Source: Felis catus | Lineage: Eukaryota | Direction: 5' to 3' | DNA length: 64,000 nt | NCBI RefSeq assembly: GCF_018350175.1 | Contig: NC_058369.1 | Location: 22,632,001-22,696,000 of the forward strand | Shown: positions 1 through 13,027 of the stretch, in pieces | Numbering within the stretch: the first letter of the stretch is position 1 | Layout: each line of letters starts with the position of its first letter | The notes under the pieces: model-generated | Told to the model about the DNA's origin: nothing | The model's database searches: none | The model's input: the letters and a program-made list of their open reading frames with translations, nothing else | Translations under genes and position numbers: made by a program

Positions 1-69
1 AGGGGAAAATAATAGTTAGGGAGCTATACGAAGGCATGTTGGAGTGAGGGTTGAAACACCAGGGATAGA

Positions 70-290
70 AAGACAGTTCTAAAGTTTCCGGGGAAAGAAT
101 CCAGAATCTGATTGGCATCCAAACTTCTCAACAGTAACAGTGGCAGCTAGTAGATAATCTACCAGAAATATAACTTCCAATCTAGGTTTCTGTGCTCTAA
201 TAAACTCTTATCAAGAACAAGGGTAGAGTAATAATACTCAGAAATGACTGGAGCATAAGCTTATCCTTTTTCTTCTTTATCAACTGGAAG
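70..290 (+). mobile_element. Degraded old L1 (L1M-type) ORF1-region fragment
   Basis: Resembles recalled L1M ORF1 3' part (aacttctcaacagtaac...aacttccaatctagg...aagggtaga); no intact ORF. Confidence 0.45.
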
Positions 291-559
291 ATGGCAATCT
301 AGTGGACATTCAATCCATTGTAGGGCCCAGGAAGCTTCAGCATGATGAGCTGGAGACTCCATTTTGGCTGGAGTAGAAAGAATGAGGGAACCAGAGTGGA
401 GTCTCCAAAAGAAAAAGGAGGTGAGGCTGGTAGATCATGTGATGTGATAGGAGCAAAAGAATCAGCAAATGAAAATATAAGACAGCTATTAACACTAGGA
501 GAAACAAAGGTCCACGAGAGAGGAAATGTGATAATGGCATATTCCTTGGTTTAGCAGTG

Positions 560-885
560 AATAGTTGTTCATGGTCAGTGTTTGCAAGGAGTGACTTGGG
601 GACCTAGGCTCCTCTCATCTGGTGGCTCCACTGCTTCCTACTGGAACCCTCAGCAGGACTCACTCTATAGGCCAGCTGTGGACAAACAGGGCTAGACACA
701 GGGTAGAAGAGTATGTTTTCGGGGCCAGGCCAGAACATGATGTATATCACTTGTGCTTCCATTCAGTGGCCCAGAATCTGGTCACACGGCACTGACTTCG
801 CCGCAGAAGAGGCTGGGAAATGTAGTTCTCTTGATTTTGTAGGAAGAACAGGTTTAACTAAGCCTCTAGGCGCTGTCTGCCATTG
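560..885 (-). mobile_element. MaLR LTR (old MLT1-type)
   Basis: MLT1-like blocks: gacctaggctcc, atcacttgtgcttccattcagtggcccagaa, gaggctgggaaatgtagt. Confidence 0.55.
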
Positions 886-889
886 AGAG

Positions 890-1090
890 CTGTTATGTGC
901 TGAGCTCTCACTATAACACTTTAACGATGTATTAAACCATGTACATGCACTATCTCACTAATCCTGGGAGATGTGTTCTAAGATCTCTCTTCCTCACCAG
1001 GAAAGTGAAGTTCAGAAGCATTGCCATTTGCCAAAGTCACATACCCAGCAAGTGAGAGAGCAGGGCTTGCTCATCATCTGGCAGTCCTCT
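890..1090 (-). mobile_element. MIR fragment
   Basis: MIR core-like: atctcactaatcct...gaaagtgaagttcagaag...ttgccaaagtcacataccagcaagt. Confidence 0.55.
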
Positions 1091-3089
1091 GATCAGTCCT
1101 CTCCTTGCATTTTAATCATTTATTTAAAAAGAAACAGCACCGTGAACAAATTTAGGCCGTGTTTAAAAATTTCTTTTGGATGAATTCTTACATTCGTTTC
1201 CATACTGTGTCTGAAGCTTGGAACAATGCATTTCTCTCCCGTGCACAAACCCACTGCCAGCCTTTCTGGATGAATGGAAGTTGGTATAAGATTCCTGGTG
1301 GCAGTCTTCCAGGCCAGCAGAGAGGAGAAACTTGCATTTGTCTGAGTTACCTCAGGAATGTCAGGGACGAGGCTCTGCACGTTGCACCGTATGGGGAGTG
1401 GGCCATGGAGCGTGGTCACTAGAGAGCGAGGGAAAGTGCTGATGGCATGAAGGGAAAGTGACAGATCTCCCCTCTGTAGCCTCGTCATGAGAGCTGTGAG
1501 ATGGAGCCCCCTGACAGAAAGCATTTCCACAAGATTACTTTGGATTAACTTTCCTGGGTTACAGCTGTACCCGTGACACTTACCTAGTATCCAGAAAAGT
1601 GATCTATAGTCCAGCTGGCTGAGTGACTGCCTTAGTATGAATCCTGCTTCTCGTGTCCCCTGTCCCTCCAGCCCAGTGATTCACAGCCCCTTTTGAAGTT
1701 GGGGTAGCTCAGTGTTATTGACTTGATTTGGTGATGCATTTCCTCTACTTTTTTTCTAAAAAAGTCTGAGTGCTGACTGTGTTCTGGAACTTCTTTAGTT
1801 GGTTGGTCTTGTTGACCAACTGCCTTTCAAGGTGTTGGTCTGCCTCAAGGGTCCTCCGGGGAACTCTTGCTCCCCGACAAGCTTACTTAAATGGCTCAGG
1901 AAGGAAGGGTCAGCTTTGTTGGTCCCTGAATGGCCCCCACCTGGCCCTGTTAGCCTGCAGTGCCGACCGGGAACTTGGGTGGCCCCTCCCCCTCCCCCCA
2001 TGCCCACTGTCACCAGGGAGGGAGTATCTGGTCCTGGTCCTAGAGTGGGCTTGCTGGTGTTCCTCCCCTGTCACTCCACCAGCATCTCTGCTTTTGATAG
2101 CGAGTAGCATTTGGGGCTCCTCCAGTGGGCTCCTCCCTTCTTTCATTTTGGAGAGGCATATCCAATTATGGTCTATACAGATTTCCCTTCCTTGTTTAAG
2201 AGCATCACTGCGTGGGTGGTAATTACTATAAGCCCCCCCCCCCCAAATATCCCAGTATATTTGGTGTAGAGAATGAAGTGGGGAGGGAAGTTTCCATGTA
2301 TATTGGGCTTACCATCTTGGACTGAGGGCTCACACACTTTTTAGAGAATTTCAAGATATGCATTGAAATAATTGGCAACCCCTGAGGCTGCAGCAAGAGA
2401 AGACTGGAGATAATTTTGGCCCTTTACAAGCCCTTTAATAAGGTCAGTTGTCCATCACGCCTCACCCGCCCGTCCCTTTGTTTGTACCTGGTGATCTCAC
2501 TGCAGACTAAAGCTCAGACTGGGGCTGCATCTCAGGGGATGTGAGAGAACTTTCCACAGAACTTTTAACTAATGAAAATAGAGGTCAGAAGTAATTATTC
2601 CTGTATCCATTCTGTACCGAGTGAGGCTGAAGGGAGTTCACCCATTAAATTACATTTCCAGCGTTCAGTTCCAATGTATGCTCCTTTACAACTTTATTTA
2701 AAGAAAGCGTAATGTGAAAGGCTTTTAACTCTGATGGAAGGAAGACAGGAGCTTTAGTTAGTAATGGTAGACTCTCTCATCGGATCGTCTGTTCTGAGAA
2801 CAAAGATCTTTTTAAAACCTGGACTCAGGCAGTCCCATGGATTATATTAATGGAATGTACCTTAATAGACCCCTCCAGAGGATAATCTAAAGTATGAGTT
2901 CACTTTCTCTAAGCACTTCTGATCTTAAACTTTTTATTATTTTGTTGTGTAAGTTTTCCGTGGTCTTCTTGCCTCCATTACGCTATCAGATATCTACGTC
3001 TGTTTGAAAAATCAGGGACCCTTTCGAGGTAAATGATGCACGTGTGTATCTTTTACCCAGTGGGGACTTTTGATCATTGATTTTGTGAT

Positions 3090-3300
3090 ATAGTTAGCAA
3101 GTATTTATTGAGCACCTACTATACACCATGTACTATTCTAGGCCCTTAGGATCCATCAGTGAATAGGAAAGAATATCCATGCCCTGGTAGGGCTTATACC
3201 CTAGTGAGGGGAAGATGGACAATAAATAAGAAAAACATAAAGTTTGTTAACAGGTGATAAGTGATCTGGAAAAAGTAGAGAGGTAAGGAAGATTAGGGGT
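3090..3300 (-). mobile_element. L2 3' fragment
   Basis: gcaagtatttattgagcacctactatacacca...ctaggcc is the typical antisense L2 3' end. Confidence 0.6.
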
Positions 3301-4118
3301 CCCTTATACAGGGAAGGCTGGAGGTGACACTTGTGACCCAGCTTCTCAGCCCCTGACTTTTCCATCATGTAAGATTAGGATGTTGAGAAATAACTTCTAG
3401 TTTTTTTTTTCTTAACAATGAGGTAACTTTAAAAAAAAATAGTCTGTAAGGTTAACTAAACACCTGTTGTTTCCTAGGTAATAAAAGGACCTAGTGTATT
3501 TCTTTATAGGAAAACTCACAAATATAGTTTAAAAATCTGTTTATCTACCATGCAAAAATATGTAGCTCATGATGTAAGATAGCTTAAATTTGCCTAAGAA
3601 AAAAGATCTGTGTTTTTTATATGGGTTTGTCAACTTGATAAGGACAGGACTTCTGTAGACCCTGTTTCCTCATCATTCAGATATGAATTGGGTTTTGGGA
3701 GAGTAGATGAGATAATGGACATGAAAAGACGGTGAAATGTACCTCATCATGTCCTGGAATGATACCATGTGGGACTCACAGCCAATTCATGAAAGCCTCT
3801 GGGGGAGGATATAGTAAACCCACCAGGTTTCTGTTGTCAAGGCCTTCTGTTGTCCATTGTTTCCTTATGTACCCTTCTCCCAAGTTGGCCTGCTCCCTGA
3901 AGCTTTCCCTTCCAAGTTTACCCTCATATCTTCTAACCTTTGCTGAGGCTATAAGTCAGGCATAAGAGAGAGGTAGTGAATTCCAGTAGTTCTTGATAGT
4001 GTGTAAATGACTGATAGGCTGTATCCTGAGAAGGGGGACTGATGATTTAAAGAAGGGATATGTTAATAGAAATGGATATATAATGATGGGAAGGGATTAT
4101 TGAGTATCACTCAATATA

Positions 4119-4311
4119 TTTTTTAAAAAAGTTTATTTATCTCAAGAGAGATAGAGTGAGCATGAGCAGGGGAGAGGCAGAGAGAGAGCGAAAATCCCAA
4201 GCAGGCTCCACACCAGCGCAGAGCCTGATGTGGGGCTCGAACCCCTGGGCTGTGAGATCATGACCAGAGCTGAAGCCAGACGTGTAACCAACTGAGCCAC
4301 CCAGGCACCCC
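4119..4311 (-). mobile_element. Can-SINE (older felid/carnivore subfamily)
   Basis: T-rich tail, (GA)n tract, tRNA-like head ending actgagccacccaggcacccc. Confidence 0.92.
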
Positions 4312-4389
4312 TCATTCAGGGTTTAAAATAGGCAATACATTTGATTAAAGCATCAACAAAGAACACAGAAAAAGAACACAGAAAAAGTT

Positions 4390-4980
4390 TATTTCTCACC
4401 TGTTTTCCATGTGCCCTGTTCTTACTCCCTAGCCAAACAGGTAATAACTAATATTAATTTATTCTTCTAGATCTATGTTTATGCATATACAAGCCACTGC
4501 AAGTATCTATCTATTCTTGTTTCCCTCTCCTTTACATAAATTATGGCACATTATATATATTGCTCTCAGCTCTGTTTTTTTTTCCATTTAAGAATGCATT
4601 TTGAAGGTCTTCCCATATTAGAGCACAAATACTTCCTCGGTTCTTTTTACAGCTGCACAGTAGGACATTGCACGAGTGGGTCATTATAGTTTTAACCAGG
4701 TGTCTTTGAGAGACCTGCCTTCTGCTGTCACCCACACATGCTACTGTGAATACCTTGCACAAGCATAATTTCACGTGTGGCACCTTTATTTTAGGTTAGA
4801 AGTGGTTGTGTAGGGAAGAAGGCTCTATGCATTGGTAATGTTGATAAAGTCTTGCAAATTTAACCCTGAGAGAGGTGGTGTCAGTTTGTGCCCCAGCAAC
4901 CACGAATGATACCATGTTTCCCTATAGTCTTGCCAGGATTGTGTGCTAGCAAGCTTCTGCCCACCTAATGTGCAAAACAG
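4390..4980 (-). mobile_element. Old L1 (L1ME-like) 3' fragment
   Basis: T-rich, resembles antisense L1ME 3' region (ctttttacagctgcacagtagg...atgctactgtgaatacc...gtcttgccag). Confidence 0.5.
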
Positions 4981-5612
4981 GATGCCGTTTTTAGAAGGAG
5001 AGGTTTTCTGAATGCCCTTGTGCCCTCTGGACGGCCAGTTCCTCTCTGTTCTGCATCCTCCCAGAAGAGCAGGTGACCAGCACTTCAGAACCATACCCCT
5101 GAACCCCATAACCTGCTCTATGCTACACATATTCCTACAATTTCTATGCAAAACTCAGACCCCTTTGTTTTTCACAAATGGAGTACTTTCCTCCTATTGT
5201 CTAGGTGTTCTTAATTGCTGTCTTAGTTGACAGTGACTCAATTCTTTAGTTTTAACTTTCCCTGCCATTAGCTTCTCTACTGCAGCAGATAAGTCATCTA
5301 TGAATTAAAGCCTAATTAACGGAAGGGAACCTGTTATTTAAAAAAAGATACTCACAAATCGTTTAATGAAAATGTATTTATAAGATGTAAATTACTTCAC
5401 TTTTTTCTATTTTTTTTTTTTTTTACATTGTAGGTTTTTAGGCATTGTATTTGTTAAAAAATGGAGGTGAGGTGCACAATGAAGCAAAGGCACATTGAAG
5501 CCAGATGAACTTATTTAGCTAGGAGGACCGCAGTGAACACTACAGAAATCTTGGGGTCACTCACCTCTGTCTTGCCAAGGTGTCCCTCAGACTCTTTGAG
5601 GAGTCTTTCATT

Positions 5613-5830
5613 AAAGAAATTTTTTAAAGCTTATTTATTTATTATTTTGGGGAGAGACAGAGTGAGTGGGGGAGGGGCAGAGAGAGAGGAGAGAGAGAGA
5701 CTCCCAAGCAGGCCCACACTGTCAGCACAGAGCCCTACGCGGGGCTCAAACTGACAAACTGTGAGATCATGACTTGAGCCAAAACCAAGAGTTGGACGCT
5801 TAACTGACTGAGCCACCCAGGTGCCCCATG
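5613..5830 (-). mobile_element. Can-SINE
   Basis: Full SINEC structure; TSD-like gaggagtctt(t/a)catt at 5598 and 5831. Confidence 0.95.
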
Positions 5831-5919
5831 GAGGAGTCTTACATTTTTAAGGCTCAGGGAGTGGGAAAACCCCCTTACAAATAGTGCCCAGACAGGCCAG
5901 TTTATAGCTCCGAGTCTGT

Positions 5920-6090
5920 TCTGTGCTCAGGTAGGTGTGGGTGGTGGGAGGGGTCAGTATCTGGCCCCAGGCTCAGTGTCCTCATCTGTGAAGTGAGGAT
6001 GATGACAGTGCCCTCCTCAGGGGAGGTTCTACTTGGGTTAATGAGATGATGTGCGATGCCATTAGAGCAGGTGCTGGGATCGGGAAGCCC
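5920..6090 (+). mobile_element. MIR fragment
   Basis: ctcagtgtcctcatctgtgaagtgaggatgatgacagt core. Confidence 0.6.
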
Positions 6091-6437
6091 TCCAGGGTTT
6101 GTCCTTACCCCTTCTTGCAGCTTCACCACTCATGTCTCCACGCTTCCTCACAAACAGCCTGTAACCTGTGCATGTACTGGGGATGTTGTTGATCTAAGGT
6201 GAGACTATCCACTTGTCAGTCGTTCCTTGTGGAGCTTCCAGATGACCTGCTTTCTTGGCCGGGAAGAGGGCCGAGGACTAACACATTCATCTACGTGTGG
6301 CCCTTGGTCTCTGAAACCGGGTCACATTTCCTTCCTTTAGGAAAATGCTCAAGCCATTTGCTTCCTAAAAACCTTATTTTTCACCCTTTTGAAAGGTTGT
6401 TAATGGGATTGTTTCAATAGAAATGATAAAACCTCTT

Positions 6438-6664
6438 GGGGCGCCTGGGTGGCGCAGTCCGTTAAGCGTCCGACTTCAGCCAGGTCACGATCTCGCGGTC
6501 TGTGAGTTCGAGCCCTGCGTCGGGCTCTGGGCTGATGGCTCAGAGCCTGAAGCCTGTTTCTGATTCTGTGTCTCCCTCTCTCTCTGCCCTTCCGCCGTTC
6601 ATGCTCTGTCTCTCTCTGTCCCAAAAATAAATAAACGTTGAAAAAAAAAAATTAAAAAAAAAAA
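6438..6664 (+). mobile_element. Young cat Can-SINE (SINEC_Fc type)
   Basis: CpG-rich head ggggcgcctgggtggcgcagtc, long A tail, TSD ataaaacctctt at 6426 and 6668. Confidence 0.97.
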
Positions 6665-7954
6665 GAAATAAAACCTCTTGTCTTCAGGCCCTCTCTGACT
6701 GTATTAATTAGTGTATTTCTATAATGTTAGTGTGGCTATTTACGTGGATTTGGGCCATTAAAGCCCCACCCCCAGCCCAAGCCCCAGGGAACATCAATAA
6801 TACAGGAACAATTGCTCCCTTGGTCTTTTTCCTGGGTCACAGTTTATTGTTCCATAAATGGATGTCTCCATCAGAGTCTGCTTGTGGAAGATAACAGCGT
6901 TCCTCTCTCCTCTGTGGCCCTTGCCTTAAGGATAGTTCCTGTCCTCCTTGCACTGCTCAGGCGATGTAGGCTGAATTAAGGAATTCCTAGAGATATGATG
7001 CTAATTCTAGGGGGTGGCTGCTTCTATCATGTGGCCAAGTGCAGGGATTGGATACGGAATCACCAGTCTTGATTTACACCACTAGCTACAGAGTCAAATG
7101 GCATACAGTTGTCAGGTTTTCCTCTAATGATGGGGAAAGATAGAAATGAGGACTGTATATTAATGGCAGAAGACATTAGGATAGAAGTAAAAATGAAATC
7201 ACGTGTGGGGATATTTATTTATCTTGGTGTCTGAGAGGGAGAGGGGTGGGGGGAACCTTAAGCCTTTGATGCCTCTGACTTTGGGTCCCTCTGTGGCACC
7301 TGCTGTTGACAGAGTCCATTCAGTAGCAAAATGCCAGAAGAAGTGGGGCCCCAAGAATCAGATGAGTGGCTGGACTGCCCACTGGGTCAACCCTTCCTTG
7401 CTGGGAATGCTCTGAGCCTTGGGATTTTAAATGGAAATGCTGAGATAAAGGTATTTACTGAGATCCCTTGGACCCTGGAGTTCAAGCTTATTGGAATGGT
7501 GCCTTGGAGCATCTTGTAATGCCTCATAAAAACGTGAGGTGCCTCTGGCAGGAAGGAAACTGGAATTTAACAATTCTTGTGGGGAAATTCTCATATTCCA
7601 GAAGACTCTGGCTGATTTAATCAATTCGTTAGACCCATCATTTACCATGCCTCAAGCATCCAACATTAACATTTTGTCTTTTGCAAGTATTTCCAAGTGC
7701 CACTCTGTTAATATTTTCTATACCTTTGTTTTGATTAGTAAACACGCAGAAGAGCTCTAAACTTCTTTAGGTCACAACATCGAGAGACAATTGGGTGGCA
7801 CATCCTCTCTGGTCTCTAATTGGCACAGTCTGTAGCCAAAGGGCAGGACCTGGTTTGTACCTAGTGGGCTGTCACTAAAGGTGAATTGGAGAAGTGAATG
7901 GGTTTTTTTCTGCTGTGTGCCTTGTCATTGATGAGCCAGTGCTTTCTGCTGGTC

Positions 7955-8223
7955 TTTTTTTTTTTTTTAAGTTTATTTTTTTTTTTAATACACTTTTTTT
8001 TTTTCACCGTTTATTTATTTTTGGGACAGAGAGAGACAGGGCATGAACGGGGGAGGGGCAGAGAGAGGGAGACACAGAATCGGAAACAGGCTCCAGGCTC
8101 TGAGCCATCAGCCCAGAGCCCGACGCGGGGCTCGAACTCATGGACTGCGAGATCGTGACCTGGCTGAAGTCAGACACTTAACCGACTGCGCCACCCAGGC
8201 GCCTCATAAGTTTATTTCTTTAT

Positions 8224-8262
<39 letters not shown>

Positions 8263-8426
8263 ACAAGCAGGGGAGGGGCAGAGAGAGGGAGAGACAGAAT
8301 CCCAAGCAAGCTCTGCACTATGAGTGCAGAGCCCCATCCGGGGCTTGAACCCATGAACCGTGAGATCATGACCTGGGCTGAGATCAGGAGTTGGATGCTT
8401 AACCAGCTGTGCCACCCAGGTACCCC
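7955..8426 (-). mobile_element. Older Can-SINE whose A-tail is interrupted by a younger SINE
   Basis: Tail starts at 7955, body 8207-8426 ending ccacccaggtacccc. Confidence 0.9.
7979..8205 (-). mobile_element. Young cat Can-SINE nested in the older SINE tail
   Basis: Young-type sequence; TSD taagtttattt at 7968 and 8207. Confidence 0.95.
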
Positions 8427-9454
8427 TCTACTGTAGGTCTTATGTGGAACCTCACAAGGTGCCTGTGTTAGAGCTTTAAGGAGGTGTGGTTGGCGCTTCT
8501 GTTCTAAACAGCTCACAGTTAGGTAGCCATGTAACGTCCCAGGGCGTGCAAAGGCCACCCCACCATAGTTAGGAAGAAGCAGCTCTCATCTGTGTCCCCA
8601 TGCCAGTGTCTAGAGTTGACAGTAGCAGACCAAAATGGCAACACTAGTGTTTTTATGTCTTGTAATACCTAAATACTCATATTGATGACTGAGTGAGATT
8701 GGTCACCATGGTTTTTATCATTTGGTGCTCAGATGCTGACACCAACAGGGGCTGGAGGGCAGGACCCAGGCTGTCTGTTCTTTGGCTGGAGTCTTTCCAA
8801 CAAGCCCAATGAGAGCAGATAGTCCTACATGAAGCACGGTGTCCTGGAAGAGGGATCCACAGATGTGACATCTGCCAAGCGTCCATCACCTGAAATGTGA
8901 CCGGGACCTCATTCTGTCCCCTTCGGCCCCCTCCCACGCATGCTGTACCCTCCCTGTCCTCTCTCTTAGCTGATGTCAACCCCCAGTAGCTACAGGGATT
9001 CAATCCCGCTGGATTGAAGTGGGAGCCAAAGTTTCCGCCCCGCTTCATCTCCCTTCAGATACTCTTGTGTATGTGTAGACTTGACCTTTTTGATTTTAGA
9101 AGGCAAGATTGATCTTGTATTCATTTGCTGGGTGTTGCCATGCCTTCCTGGGTGTGTGTGTGGGGTGGGGGGGGGACTTACCTCTTTTCCAAATGAGTAA
9201 AGCTAGTGAGGGTGGGAGGTGGAATAACGCGTTCTTTACTTTTTCCTCTGCCACTCGGCCTGTCACAAGTAATTTCCAAACTCAACATAGCCCAGCGCCA
9301 GTGGGTGTAAATTTGCTTCCTCCATTCTCAATTAACCAAAAAGAACTAAGAAGAATGCAGGGGGCATTCATGCATGCAAACATATCCCATTCAGGGGCTA
9401 AGCTTATTTATCCTCAGCTTACTCTTCTTTTTGTGTTTAAAGTATCCTTAAAGA

Positions 9455-9667
9455 GGGATGCCTGGGTGGCTCAGTTGGTTAAACGTCCAGCTTCGGTTCA
9501 GGTCATGATCTCACGGTCTGTGAGTTCGAGCCCTGCATCGGGCTCTGTGCTGACAGCTCAGGGCCTGGATCCTGCTTCTGATTCTGTCTCTCCCTCTCTC
9601 TCTGCCCCTCCCCCACTCACGCTCTGTCTCTCACTCCCTCAAAAATAAATAAACATCAAAAAAATTT
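9455..9667 (+). mobile_element. Can-SINE
   Basis: Head, CT tract, aataaataaa tail; TSD tatccttaaaga on both sides. Confidence 0.95.
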
Positions 9668-10549
9668 AAAATATCCTTAAAGAAGTGATTGTAATAATAA
9701 GTGGTAGGGGTGTGTGTGTGTGTTCATGTGTGTGTTCATTCCCTCTTTAATTTCCTTACTTTGTTAAATATAATCTCAATAGGCCTGTTGCTGGTCCCTC
9801 AAATTAGGTTTTCCTCACCTTTTTGGGTTGTGGATGCCATTTGAGAGCTGTGCTTCTGTTTCTCTCTGTTTTATATTCATTTTCCCGTTTTCAGTTTTTG
9901 GGAGATGGGAGAGGGGCTGCACAATTTAAGAAGCCTGACATCCACCCTTTGCAGAAGATGCTTTACAACTGAGGAAGCAGCGGCTTTGAAAGATGGGATC
10001 TTTGTATTCCCAACTTTTAGGCTTTTTAGTATTGATCGTGCAATAAAACATTTCTTCACATTTAGTGATTTTTAAAAATTTATGTTTTTACGATGTTTAA
10101 ATGTTCCAAATATATATGTATTTCATATAATAATAAACAAAAGCTAATATTTGTTTAATTGTTGAAATGCCCTGCTTTCCTTTGAAGTTGGCACTGATAG
10201 GTTTTTACCCAGTTGTCCCCCCACTCGCCCAAGTTGTATGGGGTCAGTTGTGAGTACCAAAGGGCCACACCTACTAATGAACTTCTGGATTAATATCAAC
10301 ATGTGAAACTAATTAGGTAGGTAAAATGCATTTCAAAGAAAACATAATGGCTTCTTGTACTCCAGCTGGAAGGCAGCACCATTAATTGTCTGGTTAGAAA
10401 AGCTTTTTAACATGAGTGATTTAACTGAGCACATTTGAAGGAAACCCAGGAATAACGTATTAACTATTTTATTTTTGTCAAAAATAAGCCCAGGTGGAAG
10501 ACAGCAGTACCCAGGCAGGACTTGAAATCATCATAGTGGTGTGAACTGC

Positions 10550-10990
10550 GGAAGCCATTTATTTAGCTTTGATTATTTGGAGCACCTGCTCTGTGGGCTT
10601 GGAGGATGCTGCAAGATCTAGCTGGGCAAGGTTCCCTGGTTTCCTGGAGCTTCTGTTTGGTGGAGGGAGACAAACAAGAACAAAGTAGAACAAGACGAGC
10701 AATTCCAGGTAGTGACAAGTGCCATAAAGAAGGGCAGATCAGACAGCCATGATGCTGAGGAGGGGGTTGGGGACGGCCTTTCTAGGGAGGTCCTGGCTGG
10801 GTTTGAGAGGAGGGGGAGCCCACCCTGCTGGGGAGTAAGAGGAGACAGACTGGCTGGAGTGGGTGGGTGAGGCAAGGGGAGGGGGGCAGCCCTGGGGTCT
10901 GAGAGGGAGGCAGGGTTTTATTTCTGGTGCCATGGGAAAGCAGCCAGAGGATTTTCCAGCAGGGCGGTGACTAAGAGGGAGGCGGGGTCT
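10550..10990 (-). mobile_element. L2 fragment
   Basis: ttatttggagcacctgctctgtg followed by purine-rich L2-like sequence. Confidence 0.5.
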
Positions 10991-11119
10991 CCTAGCTCCT
11001 GAGTCTCCCCCACTCCTCATATTGGCAGCCTCTGTCAGTGGCAGACTTCCTTCCCCTGGCTCTGTCTTTGCTGCCCCCTACCCTGCCCTGGGCTCCTGGG
11101 CTAGGGAGCTGATGGACAC

Positions 11120-11531
11120 TGAAGCAGGTTGAATAATGGCCACCGAAGACACCAAGTCTTAACTGCTGGAATGTGTATGCTTTTTATTTAGAAAAAAGGG
11201 TCTTGGCAGGTGTAGTTAAGGATTTTGACATGAGGAGATTACCCTGGATTATTCGAGTGGGCTCTAAATGCCATTTTACAAAAGAGAGACAAAGGAAGGT
11301 ATAGACTCCCCAAGGAGGGGAGGAGGTGAAGACAGAGCCAAGAAATACCAGCAGCCACCAGAAGCTGGAGGAGGCAAGGAATGGATTCTCCTCGAGAGCC
11401 TTTGGAGGGAATGTGGCCCTACTGACATTTTGATTTCAGGCTTCTGGCCTCCAGAACTCTGAGAGAATCGATGTCTTGTTTTGAGCCACTGGTTTGTGGT
11501 AATTTGTCACAGCAGTCCCAGGAAACCAACC
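11120..11531 (+). mobile_element. MaLR LTR (MLT1C/D-like)
   Basis: Begins tgaagcaggttgaataatggcc; contains ccagaagctggaggaggcaagg and gagccactggtttgtggtaatttgtcacagcag. Confidence 0.85.
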
Positions 11532-12078
11532 TAGGCTCCAGGGAGAAATGGGGGGATGGAGATGTGAGTCATCTCCTCTCTTCTTTGGAATTCCAACCCA
11601 CGCAGGGTGGGCGGGCATGGAAAGAGTCGAAAGGTTGAGGGCGATGAGAGACCACCCTCCCGTTGTGTGGGGCTGTCGCCTCATATCTGCCCTCTTTACG
11701 CTCCAGCCAAGCTCAGTTTAGAGCAGGGGCTTCCCACTTTCATACACCAGGGATCAGACCAGCCATGCCTTGTTGAGGAGGGCAGTGTGCAGGGAGCTTG
11801 GCACATGCCCCGGGCAGCTGCACCTCCCCTCGGCTGATGTGTGGGGCCAGTGGGGTCAGATGCCCTGGTTTTCTCAGACAAGCCTGAAAAAAAAATCAGA
11901 TTTTTTTAAAACATGAAATTTCCTGCTATTGAAAGCTGGTTTTTAGTTGCACGTCTGATTTGACCCGGGGTGAGGTGAAAGGCTCTATTTTGTGACTTCT
12001 GTCTTATAGTTTTTATTTGTCCCTAATGTTAGCGTATTATTTTCCACCTCCATTTTTATGAGCCTGGGGTTTAATCAG

Positions 12079-12722
12079 TGTATTAGTTTCTTAATGCTGC
12101 TGTAACAAGGAATCACAAACCTAGTTGCTTTAAACAATACACATTTTGTATTTTACAGTTCTAGAGCTCAGAAATCAATGAGAGATGTTATAGGGTACCT
12201 GGGTGGCTGAGTCCGTTAAGCATCTGACTCTTGATTTTGGCTCACGCCATGGTCTCATGATTCGGGGGATCGAGCCCCATGTTGGGCTCTGTGCTGACAG
12301 TGTGGAGCCTGCTTGGGATTCTCTGTCTCTCTCTGTCTCTGCCCCTCCCCTGCATGCACGTGCTCTCTCTCTAAAAATAAATAAATGTTAAAGAAATGGA
12401 TGTTATAGGGCTCAAATCAAGGTGTTTGCAGAGCTATGTTCCTGTTGAAGGATCTGGGGAGTATCTGTTCCTTGCCTTTTTTAGCTCCCAGAGGTTATCC
12501 TTGGCTCATGGCTCCCTTCCACGGCACAATCCAACCTCTGTCATATCTCCTTCTCTATCATTTCTCTTTCTCCCCTTAAGGACCCTGTGACTACATAATT
12601 TTCCCACCTCAGGATCATTAATTTAATCATGTCTGCAGAATCTCTTTTGCCATGTAAGGTAATTACATGGTTCTGGAATTAGAATATGGATATTTCTTCG
12701 GGCCATTATAATGCCTTCCATA
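12079..12722 (-). mobile_element. MaLR LTR (MLT1B/C-like) interrupted by a Can-SINE
   Basis: tgtattagtttcttaatgctgctgtaacaa...ttttgccatgtaaggtaa...ggccattat. Confidence 0.8.
12193..12392 (+). mobile_element. Can-SINE inserted in MLT1
   Basis: SINEC structure; TSD gatgttatag on both sides. Confidence 0.93.
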
Positions 12723-12859
12723 GTCAGTCAGTAACCAGTACTTACCTGTAGATCTCTATGCCCTGCATATGAAAGACCCCTGTGACTGCCTTGTCTCCCT
12801 CTTACCCATTCTAATTTGTGCTGATACCAGTTCTCAAGGGCCCATTGTATGCATCAGTT

Positions 12860-13027
12860 CCCAATTTTATGTTCAGTGACTTCATGTTGGTAGCTTGAAG
12901 TTGGCCAGGGTAGAATATTTACACCATAGATATTGGCCAATGTTATAATTCAGGGCTTTCCACCCCACCTCTTTCCATTCTTTGTCCCAGAGAGCTGGAT
13001 ATCAAACATTTATCAGCATGCCGTTGA
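12860..13027. mobile_element. hAT DNA-transposon fragment (MER63-like)
   Basis: ggtagcttgaagttggcc...atatttacaccata...gagagctggatatcaaacatttatcagcatgcc resembles recalled MER63 terminus. Confidence 0.55.

Noticed and set aside
1770..2222. Overlapping ORFs in a GC-richer patch
   Set aside because: Open in several frames on both strands because of composition; no homology or splice structure
6438..6520. tRNA-like A/B boxes in SINE heads
   Set aside because: tRNA-derived SINE promoters, not tRNA genes
9182..9202. 21-nt minus-strand micro-exon-like signal (a similar one lies near 12747-12763)
   Set aside because: No supporting context; shows how readily such signals arise by chance
9109..9648. 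179-aa ORF and the many MAQSVK/GAPGW/GQRETEH ORFs
   Set aside because: Translations of Can-SINE sequence
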